Origin: Thalia democratica | Taxonomy: Eukaryota | NCBI GenBank assembly: GCA_965202585.1 | Contig: OZ241833.1 | Location: forward strand, 26,970,001 to 27,034,000 | Direction of reading: 5' to 3' | DNA length: 64,000 nt | Part shown: piece after piece, positions 11,001-21,339 of the stretch | Numbering within the stretch: position 1 is the first letter of the stretch | Layout: each line of letters begins with the position of its first letter | Made by a program: the position numbers and the translations under genes | The notes under the pieces: model-generated | Told to the model about the DNA's origin: nothing | The model's input: only the letters and a program-made list of their open reading frames with translations | Databases searched by the model: none

Positions 11001-13679
11001 CTTAAAAATCGTTGGAATATATATTTTTTTATTGCATCGTATTTTTTCGCCTTTTTAGTAAGGACCTTTTTTACGAAACCAAATAAGCTGTTTAATTCTG
11101 ACCTGTTATCTCTCAAAAACTATATTGAACAAAATGTAGCGAGGAAAAGTAACTGGTAACTTAGTTTATTATCTTCAAAATAAAACCAAGATAAAAAATA
11201 GTTTAGCATACTCATTATGGTCTACTAATCAGTATTTTTGTACAATTGAAACATTTTTATTTAGTTCATAAGTATAACTTTTGTAGTAAAACTACTACAT
11301 TGTATGTATTGATTATGAAATTGATAACAAATGTTCAAAAGATGCCGAAAGTAACAGAGGATCGCCAAGAAACGTTTTAAATGATAAAGTTTTGTACACC
11401 GTGAAAAAGTTTAAAGAAATTGGCATCGATACTTTTGCAACAGTGGTGATTTCAGATATGAATTTGGATAAAAAGGTTATTTGTGTTTTGTTTTTATAGT
11501 AATAATTGATAGTTTTGAGGATTTTTATAAGTTTAGGCTGTTTGAAGCAAATAACATTTACTTTAATAACTAGTGTTTTTGTTTAATAACTAAAATTATT
11601 TTGGTTTATTTAAAGCATATAAGTACTCTTTTCTTTAAAGAATAGAAATATTTTGATCCTCTGAAGTTAATTAATTTTTAGTATTTTTTAGTTATTTTTA
11701 TTTTAAGCAAACACTATCATTTATCTTGTACCTTTAATATAAAAAAAAACTTATGTAAATTAAGTGCAACAGCTATCACTTTAAAACAAGTAGTTTTTTT
11801 TTTGTAATTATTTAAATAGCTAACTTTTTATTTTTTATTTCAGAAACTGTTTTATTCTCATGTTGGTCAAGTTTATTCGTTAAAAAGTAGCAAAAGTTTC
11901 AAATGGTGGAAAAATTTCCTTATATCATCTAAAAACTGTTATATTGAAGATAAGTTAACAGAAAATTCGGTATATATTCATGTTATTTTAATTAATATAA
12001 AAATATAAGTTCTTTTGCCTTTTTTCTTTTAAGTCTGATGTAAAAGTAAAAAGAAAGCAGTAAAACTTTACAAAAGCTTCATAAATAAAAGACTTTGAAA
12101 ATGAGTGGTAATTTACGTATTGACCCTTTTAAATATACTTAGGAGGCAATATGAAACTTGTATATATACAACAATCCTAGAAATGATAATTATAAGAAAA
12201 AAATTTGCAGTAAAAAAGTTTATAGTCTATGCAGTGTTTAAAAAAAGTCATCTTATTTATTTAAAGTTTTTGAGTCTATAAGAATTATACATACAATACA
12301 ACGACTAAAGCTTAAAACTAACCTATTCAGTATGTTGAAAAAAATAAAGTAAACAGTTTCAGGTGTTAAAGTTACTATAATTTTAGCTAAGTAACAGGTT
12401 TATGCAATTTTTACTCAAGTTCTATAGTTTTTGTGGTTAGAGTACATTAAAATGTTGCCTTGTATCCTTGATTTTAATTTTTCTTAGAAAATAATATCTG
12501 AATTTTACAAGTAACGCTGTATTTTAATTTAAAAAAAAACTTCTGTTCAGCTTATTTGTTGTTATCATACAGCTTCACACATTTTAGTTATGTTTTGTCG
12601 CAACATTTAACCTAGCATATCTCTTTTGACCACACACCGCATGATTTTTTAACCAATTCAAACCCAACAGGAAAACTCAATGTCCAAATACGTTGATAAA
12701 TTTGTGCTGACGTCAGCATTGATGCTGGTCTTGTTCATAGTGTTGGGATGGAAAACATTGCACCAGGGACTGCCAAGCCACGTGACTTCAGTGCATGTTA
12801 GTGGCTGCCACTGTTTGTGTACAAATACGTTGTTTGAAACTGGTTGTGATTTGTTTGAAATTTTGTATAAATTTGCAAACAGGTTAACTTTACAGTGCAA
12901 CTTGTTGTGATTAAAATATTTTACGTTAAAGTTCATTTTTCCAATGTATTAAAATTTGTTGATGCCTTCTTGATTTTAACTTCAGGTTTTAGTAAATGAA
13001 GTTATACAAACAAAAAGCTTTTTTTTTTGCTTATGATTAGAAATATAAACTTTTAAGTATGTTTAAAGTTATTTAGCGTATATAAATTTGTTATCAAAGA
13101 AATCTTTTTATACTTAAGGAGCTGTTTCCAACAAAATCTGAAATAGCCAGTTATTGATTAAAAAAGTTAGTATTGCTTTATAAATCAACACAGCTAATAG
13201 TTGTTCAAAAATTTTTAGAGAATTTTAAAGTCTTCCATACATACTTAAAATATCTAATATTAATTGCAAAATTTGTGAACATAAGCTTTTTTTTGTAAAG
13301 TTTAAAATACTGTATATTATTTACATTTAATTTTTCTATAAATCCCTTAGTTTATCTTGTACACTAACTAAGCTCTGAAGTAGATTTATTATAATTTTTT
13401 TCAACATTTGAATCCAAAAAACACTGGCAGGTTTTCCGGGCAGCTAAAAAGATTGTCAACGAAATGGAAGAAACGACCTGCAACGTTGAGCGAACTGACC
13501 AATTCGAAACCGAAAACGGCTGCCCAATCTGCCTCGAAAAGTTCGTTGGCAACCGACCCATACGCGTGTTGCCATGCAGACACCGTTACCATAGCGACTG
13601 CGTCGATGATTGGCTGGTGAAGAGGCGGAGTTGCCCGTTATGCGGTTACGATATTTTGCGAAATTACAAAAATGCGTGA
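8100..13679 (+). CDS. PA-TM-RING-H2 E3 ubiquitin ligase (Goliath/GRAIL/RNF13-like), divergent; exon 3 start uncertain
   Basis: Proposed exons 8100-8273, 9685-9769, 11342-11475 (5' boundary doubtful), 11844-11969, 12671-12796 and 13431-13679 give about 297 aa. Features: N-terminal signal-like MEIDNVLICFLVFLTS; degenerate PA-like segment (KIALVFVK..RG..KVL..VVISD); TM segment FVLTSALMLVLFIVLGW; AKKIV (Goliath-like AKKAI); RING-H2 CPIC-x14-CRHRYHSDC-x10-CPLC in the last exon. Confidence 0.75.
9139..9306. mobile_element. Short hAT-like MITE
   Basis: CAGGGTTTCCC ... GGGAACCCTG termini; the TSD is only approximate. Confidence 0.5.
10017..10378 (-). mobile_element. CAGGGTTTCCCAAA-family hAT MITE, reverse orientation, with internal duplication
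   Basis: Reverse complement of 26845-27126. The ctagtgtaagtttcaaaa block appears twice. Flanks atctatac / atttgtac. Confidence 0.7.
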
Positions 13680-13968
13680 TCTTTTTAAAGTGTGTCTTGC
13701 TAAATTGCACTGCCCGGAGTTTTATAATTTACTTTTCACTTTAAATTTTTTACTTTGATTTTTGATAACTGTTTTTGAAATGTGCAATTTCGAGTTTGTT
13801 TATTCATACCTGTATGTTTTTATCTTTTTAATGTATTTTTTGGTACCTTAACATGAAAATAGTTTGCTGTTGTTTACTAGAAAACAAAACCTGATTATTT
13901 TGTGAAATATTTAGAAAGTACGTTTGAATAGTTTAGATTGGCCTTAAAACAAGTTTTGAGCGGATGTT

Positions 13969-14608
13969 ATAGGCATTTGGGAGGTAAATCACTTTTATCA
14001 TAATTTGATCTAATTTTCTTTAATTTTAACTAAGCTAAAAGTTGCTTTTTACAATTTGAAAAAATTCAAATTAATTTTAGAAAAAAGATATAGCCGGTCA
14101 AAATCGGAGACTACGAATATTCCTTGTGGGAGGCGCAAACTAAAAAGGAGAAAAAAGACAATTTCACTAAAAATCTATCTACTCCTAAGTTTTTTGAGAT
14201 AATCACCTCAAACTTTCAGGAAGTTTTTTTTGCAATATTTAGAATATTCTGTCTGAAAAAAATCTAAAAAAAAAAATATATATATATAATAAATTAAACA
14301 AAAAAAATTTTTTTTTTTTTATTAAATTTTATTTGCTCATAATTTTGTTCCGGCAGAATTTTCTAAATATTGTAAGTAACGAGTCTGAGGTGATTATCTT
14401 CAAAACGTAGAAGATATATTTTCAGTTATTCGCCGTTTTAGTTTGCGCCTTCCATAAGAAACCTATAGTAGTATCCGACTTCGACCGGCTATATCTCAAA
14501 AAGTATTATTAGTTTTAAAAATCTGTTAAAAGCAACTTGTAGCTAAGTTAAAACTCAATAAAATAAAGCTAAATTGTGAAAAAGGTGATTTACCCCTCCC
14601 TTATGCCC
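13969..14608. mobile_element. Fold-back MITE, same family as 35283-35962 (Kolobok-like), decayed
   Basis: Arms share gatatagccggtc and gggaggcgcaaactaaaa with their reverse complements; the centre is poly-A/poly-T. Confidence 0.8.
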
Positions 14609-15276
14609 TCATACAGTTTATTTTCCAGTTGTGAAAAAGTAACAAAAAAAACTAAGACTTCAAATAAAAAAAACTATCTTCAGTTTTTACTATGTTACAT
14701 TTGGTGCACTTTATGATCAAAATCAAAAGAGGCCAGTAGCAACATACAAATTATTTTGAAACAACCATTAATGAAAATATTTTGTTAAAAGTCTAAACTT
14801 GCTCGCAAGTACTTTTATAAAAATTTATTAAAAAAATATTAAGTAGTATTTCAACTTACAATATTCAGTTATCATGATTTCTATTACTGAGTTTGTAGTT
14901 TCTGTATTTACAAACTAAATTTTTATTTCATGGGATAAGTTTTTTTTCAAAGTGTACTTAATTTTATTTTTGTTTTCAATGCTGATCCGTTATGGACATT
15001 CTTTTAAGATTAGCTGTTTTAGATTTTTTTTTGTCAAATTTGTTAAGATTAGACGCTATACGATCCAAGTGTAAAAAATAACTATATTATCTATAGCAAC
15101 CAGACTCAGAAAAAAAAATTATACGCAGTAATTTTCATGTATTTTATTTTTAACTTGAAATTTAGTTTCCACAAATAACAATTTTCAAATAAGTTGTATA
15201 CATTTTATGAACATAAATAAATGTCATATGTTGTTTTAAAGTAAAAAATAGTGATATGAACAAAATTTCACTTCAG

Positions 15277-15510
15277 GAATCAATTGCGTACAGAGCCACT
15301 TTGAGACTTTAGATATATTTTTGAGTAAATTGAGTGCAAAACATCAACTAAGTTTCTCAAAACTACAACAATCGTGTTAAAACAATTTGTACACTAATTA
15401 AGTTTTTGGAAAATAACTTCGGTTTATATGAGCAAGAAAACTTTGAATATTTGTATAAATACATGGATGATGAACTTTTAGCTGTTCAAAAAAGTATTCT
15501 CTGTTTATAA
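15277..15510 (+). pseudogene. Possible frameshifted coding relic or terminal exon
   Basis: After the ttcag acceptor at 15272-15276, two adjacent frames read INCVQSHFETLDIFLSKLSAKHQL and VSQNYNNRVKTICTLIKFLENNFGLYEQENFEYLYKYMDDELLAVQKSILCL*. They are joined by removing one base near 15351. No family recognised. Confidence 0.2.
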
Positions 15511-17610
15511 AAGAGTTTTATAGCCTTTTAATAGTTTTTTAATTTATCTATATTTAGTTATTTTAAGTTTGGTATTGATTTACTTCAATGTAGGGGCGTG
15601 TTTTGACTGATTTCCCGTGCGACCCCAAAAAAAATGTAATAAAAAAAATTGAAGTGTTTCTTTTTTAGTTAGTTTACTATAGATATATATATCTACATGT
15701 TAACTTTTTGATATCAGGCAAAGTATATTTTCTATTTAGTGTCAAAAGCCACTAAAATTAACAAATAAAAGCAAAATTTTCATCATAAAAATAAATTATA
15801 TTTATTAAAAGGTTATCAGAAGGCTTAAGTATTTATTTAATTACATATAAGTAAGTATTTATGTTCAACCCAAAATTTTTTGAATCTACCTTGCACCTTT
15901 AAAATTTATATAACTATGTAATTACAAACTTCAAATGAATAGAAATTTATGAAAAGATTGAGTATGTTTTTATTTAATTGTGCTTATTGTAAAACGATAT
16001 TTTAGGGTTCTAAAACAAGCAACATAAAAAAAAACGACAATCTACAATAACAAACATGTTTTCAAAAGTATCTAGTTCTAAATAAATCTCAATTGCAATG
16101 TTTTTTATTAATATCACGTTTTACTTTTATATCTTAATCATTGCTTATATAAGTGTCAATTGAAATGTTCGTTAACATCGCTTTTTTATACGTATTTTAT
16201 ATTTATGATACAATCATTGGGTATGTACGCGTTAATTTCACTATTAAATATTTACTGTAAATAAATAAACTTTAACATGTTTATTTCAAATATTGAGTTT
16301 GATATACAGTTCGTAAGTTCATTACTTATTTTCTGGTTTCTTTGGTTTTAAATTATTTAAATTAAATATAGTACAACTTATTTAAAATATAATGCTTTTG
16401 TATTACTAGTTTAAGATTTAAAAAAATTACATTTTGAACTCAGCGTTTTGAAAAATTGCGTACTAACCCGGCAGTTCTTACCTAGCAAGTGCGTATCTAG
16501 TTGGCAGGTAACTGTACTTTGAAAAAGTTGTAAATTACGTACCGAGCACATTTAAAAAGGAAATTTTAATTCAAATTAGCCAAGCAAAAGTGTTTTAAAC
16601 AAACTATTTTGAATGATTTTACAGCTCCCAGGGTTATATTTTTTAATAGGAAGCGTTTCACAAAACACGTATTGTTTTGATTTATACAACACTAAACACT
16701 TTACATTTTTTGATAAAGTTTTATAATAGTTGTTAACGTCTGCTATTAATTTGTTTTCAAACATTTTGTTTGTTTTTAGCTTGATATTTTGCTTTTCTAT
16801 TTCAAGTAGAGCTTTTTGATTGGGTAATTTATTTAAATATCAATGAACATGTTTTTCTATCATTAATACAAGTTAATTACAAAATTTTATTAGCACTTTG
16901 TATTTAGTCTCTTACAAATAGACCACTTTGTTATACATTTTAGCTTCAAAAAGTAAAGCATAATTTACATATGGTCAACAATTACAGGGTCTGGATATTT
17001 TTACTGAAATTTAAAGAACTCGATTTTTATTGGGATTTGCATGTTTTTTACTAGTTTTTTATAATCGTTTAAAATTTAAATACTTTTATGCACCTGAGAA
17101 ACTTCCGAAGTTAGTGTAGTGCTCAATTAAGGAATGTTTTAAAGTATATTATTTAACAAAAAAAAAAGTGCAACCCCACTAAAAATTAGTCTAGGCATGC
17201 CCCTGCAGCATAGATAGTATGAATAATTAACACTCAAGTATCGTATTTTTTTACAATATTTGTATTAATTACCATTATTTAAGTTAAACTTCCGAGGTAT
17301 TGAGTTTTCAAACATAAGTAAAGCTAAAGATTTTCATGTAACTAATTAAGATGACTTTATTCTGTTTTTAAAAAGTATATTATTATTAGTAATAAACATA
17401 ATTTCCTTATTTAGAGATATTTAAATGCATAATCAAAATAAAAATCATACAAATGAAGTTTAAAAAGTTTTTGTTGTTGTCTTTAATATGCAACTAAATT
17501 TACAACTATTATTTTACATAATTTAGTATTTTTAATATTAAGAATTCTCTAGATACAATAACGCCTTCAGTAAACATTTCAGAATTTTTGTGTATTTTCA
17601 TCTGAGAAAA

Positions 17611-18108
17611 ATGTCTGAGAAGTACAATACTGGTGATGGAAGTAACGGAGCAGGGTCTAATGGAGAACTCAGACGCAGTGCTAGAATTCTGAAAAGAAGT
17701 AATGAAAAGGCTAAATCTGATACTAACCCAACTTCCAGTACCAATAATGAACCAATGATACAAAATATTAATGAGCCAAATATGCCTAGAAATCCACAAG
17801 CTCCTGAAATTCCACAAGCTCCTGAATATCAACCAGCTCCTGAAAATCAACCAGCTCCTGTTAATCAACCAGCCCAAGCACCGCTCGATGGACCAGCTCG
17901 CCGACGAAGAGCAGAACCAAGGAGAAGGATTCGTTGCCGTCGGTGTGTAGGGTGCTTGCGGCAGAATTGCAGAGCATGCATATATTGCAACGATATGATA
18001 AAGTACGGTGGCCCCGGTATCATGAATCAAAGTTGCATGATGAGAAGATGTTTGAATCCTGTTGACCCGGATGTCGGACCTCGTATCCTCCGCCCAGTGA
18101 ACAAATGA
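17611..18108 (+). CDS. Small single-exon CXXC zinc-finger protein (KDM2/FBXL19-type ZF-CxxC only), 165 aa
   Basis: ORF from ATG 17611. The C-terminal [47 protein letters not shown] carries all 8 Cys and the K(F/Y)GG motif of ZF-CxxC. AATAAA occurs at 18349 and 18443. The frame stays open upstream to 17542, so extra upstream exons cannot be excluded. Confidence 0.85.
   Translation: MSEKYNTGDGSNGAGSNGELRRSARILKRSNEKAKSDTNPTSSTNNEPMIQNINEPNMPRNPQAPEIPQAPEYQPAPENQPAPVNQPAQAPLDGPARRRRAEPRRRIRCRRCVGCLRQNCRACIYCNDMIKYGGPGIMNQSCMMRRCLNPVDPDVGPRILRPVNK
17791..17880 (+). repeat. Coding 18-bp tandem repeat x5 ([30 protein letters not shown] linker)
   Basis: Units read directly at 17791, 17809, 17827, 17845 and 17863. 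Confidence 0.9.
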
Positions 18109-19565
18109 ATCGACAGTCTCCCGTTGCGTGTGGAATTTGTTCTTGGAATGAGCAACTCAAATTTGTTGGTGCATATCAGCATTGATGTTGTTCATAGAGT
18201 TTATTAAACTATTTTACCACAACAAGTTGTGATCACTTTTGCTTAAAAGTTGTTATACGTATTACTATAGGACAATTTTTGAAAAGTAGCTGTTTACGTT
18301 TCTGTATTTATAATGTTTTGTGTTTGGAAAGTAATGTTTTATACGCTGAAATAAATAGTTGTTATTAGTTTTATTTTAGATTTAGGTTTCAAAATATGCC
18401 TTGTCAAGCACTGTGAATAGTTTTTGACTCTATCATTTGATGAATAAACTTTGAACTTTAATTGCTTTGACTTTGTAATTTTTAATAAGTATATAAACGC
18501 TATACAGGTTATACAGCATTTTACTTTAAAACAGTATTATTTTTAAAACTATCATACTTAATAAATTTATAGTTCATTACTAACTCTAATTTCAATTTAT
18601 TGTTTTCATAGTGGAACAAGCCATTTAGCTGTAAGTTTATAGTTGTCCACTTTCAAATAAAACTTTGCATGTCACTTATGGACAATAAATTATACTTCAT
18701 TTCCTAAGATCTCTATTCTCTTCATTTAAATCTTAATTCTCCAGTTTTATAAACCCCAGACCCCGAATAACTAAAGTTTCAAACCTCTTATGAATTTTAA
18801 TTATTTTCTTGTTCTAGAAATCCTAGATTATCTAATACAACTTTCAAAACTTAAAAGATCGTATTTTTACCCTTCGCTGGCCGCATTGACCTACATTTGG
18901 CATGGCTAGTAATTCCCCAACTTATATAAAACTTATTTTGATTATATATATGTATAACTAACAATGTTTAACAAAGTATACACATACTTATGCAGTTCAA
19001 TGCAATTACATACATGCAATTTTTTACATTTATTTAAGCTTTTATATATCAATTCTGATTAAGTCGATGAGGCAAACTGTTAAAAGAAAACCTTTAATAT
19101 TAAAAATTCCTTCCTGATATAAATCAGTTTTAGTCTAATCATTGTTGCACAGTAAATTTTTACTTAGTTCAGAATTTAAAAACAGGTTTTGATAACTTTG
19201 ACATAATGCCTAACGAGGTGCTTATAAGTTATATCATTAATTTTAACATTAGGCTTAAAAAGCAAAAGTTTTATCTTATAATCTTTTAAACTTTGGATCT
19301 TGGTGACCGGAAAAAAGTCGTCGTACACCACAATTAAATTAAAACCATAAAGAGCTAAAATTAATGTCAAAATTTAAACCTAAAAAAAAATCAAATAGAG
19401 AATATATAAAAACTTTTCCAAAAAACATGCATTTCAAACATTTTAAATCTTAAATATGTTAAATTTAAAAACTTCAAAGTGTTGATTATTAAAAAAACTT
19501 ATAAAAATTGTTCGAAGAAGAGAAAAAAAAGAAATATGTGTTTTATGGGCCGTAGTACTTTGTAG

Positions 19566-20982
19566 TTTTAAAAAGTTCGCCTGTAAAAGTTTTATACAAG
19601 AACAAATATGTAAAGAAAAAAAGTTAGGCAACACAGTTTGCTCACAAACAAACAAAAACATTCTTGTTAACTTTTTATTATACAAATCTAAATCTTTAAC
19701 TTTCTACATTAGCTTCATTTTAACTAAAAAATACTTCGTGGACCAGAAACTTTTGCTCAGCCGGCCGAAGTTTGTCGAGAACTATTTGAAGAAAAGATTA
19801 AATGGAAATTTCCGTTAAAGTTTGTAAATTTCTGCAAGTTTTTATTTAAAAATGTATTTATTCGATAGGTCATCGTCATAATTATTTAATTATTAGTTTT
19901 CTGGTTTCCATGGTTATTTATACACACCACAGATTTTTTTATCAATTTTCCACTTACTTTCACAAACAGAGTTAGCAAACATTTTAAGTTTGTTAACAGA
20001 ATAAGTAAAGAATAGTTAAATCAAACAAACAGTATACAAAGCAGAACGACTGAATCGAACTTTCAGCAACCAGCATTTTTTTGACGGAAAACAAAGAAAA
20101 GTTCGGAAGCTTCACAACAAGTTTCTATACAAGTTGCGGCTATTTTGTACATTAGTGTTAGTTAAGTTGATAAGTATATGTTGTCTATACTTTTGATAAT
20201 TTTTTCTCATAAAACAAGCATATATCTATAGCTTGATTTTTAAAAAATCTTAAAGACAAAAATTATATATTTATTTGGGAGTTTAGTGCAAATTAAAATT
20301 TGTTTAAAACCATGTTTTGTGCTCTTTAAATACCGTCTTAATGGAATTCTAATTTTTGTTGATTAATTGCTTAAAACAAAAATCAAAAAAATAATTGTTC
20401 AAAAAAAAAAAATTGTTTAGGTTATTATATTTTCTTTAACTTATAGGCATTTTTGTTTCTAAAAGTTCTCTTTTTAACTTTCAATCGCTTCTCCTCTTTT
20501 CAGAACTTATTAAAAAAATAAAATGAGTAAATCTATAAATTTGAAATATTTCCGATTAGGGTCGTTTTAAGTGAAACTTTTAAAATCTGAGAATAAACAG
20601 CAATCTTGCAACTGCAAAAATGTAAATAATTTTTTATGTATAAAAATAATCAAATAGTTTATTTTTAGTATCTTTTAGTAAAAACTGTTACACAGAAAGA
20701 TAAAGAGTTGCATTCATTTAACCTATATTCAAATTAATCTCAAGACTAAGTAAATAAATTTACATATATATGACTTACACATTTTTTTTTGAAGAGCTTA
20801 GCTTAAAAAGCTCTTCAGTTCTTAAAACAAACAAATAAGTTGTTTATTAAACATTTTATTTTTTTTTTTTCGAATATAAGTTTTTTTTTTGTTTATTTTA
20901 AGCACTGAAGATCTCTTTGAGCGAAGTTTTGATTGACGAACAAAATTTGAAAAATAAATGTGATCTTCTTTTAACAAAGTAG
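19566..20982 (+). CDS. Candidate cryptic multi-exon gene, basic protein, start not found
   Basis: Putative exons 19566-19622, 19713-19813, 20033-20146 and 20903-20982 are mutually phase-compatible. 16 of 20 codons from 19732 end in G/C, against a strongly AT background. No homology recognised. Confidence 0.25.
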
Positions 20983-21339
20983 ACCTCTAAATGTTTATTC
21001 AACAACTAAACGCATAATCTTTGACATACTTTTAACTTTTATATATACTTTAAACTATTTTTGTTACTTCTAAATTTTTGATATTAAGCTCTCAAGCATT
21101 AAATACCGAACCGATACAAACAAGCTCAACTCATACCAAGCAATGCAATTTTGAACAAAGTTAAAAACAAAACTCGGCAACCTTAAAATCTCCCGACTGT
21201 TCAAACGTTCAACATACGCGCGATGATCAGCGTTTAGCCAGCTCGTCCGATCAAAAACATCTCAAAAAATTAAATTTGCACTGTTTTTTTCAAGTTTTTA
21301 AAGTTAAAAACTAAACTTGCTGTTCAACAGACTTGCGAA

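Noticed and set aside
17509-18030. 173-aa antisense ORF with WLIFRS repeats
   Set aside because: It is the reverse complement of the CXXC gene's 18-bp linker repeat.
20041-20064. AERLNRT resembles the LTR integrase catalytic-Glu motif
   Set aside because: Seven residues only, with no upstream D...D core, LTR or other pol sequence.
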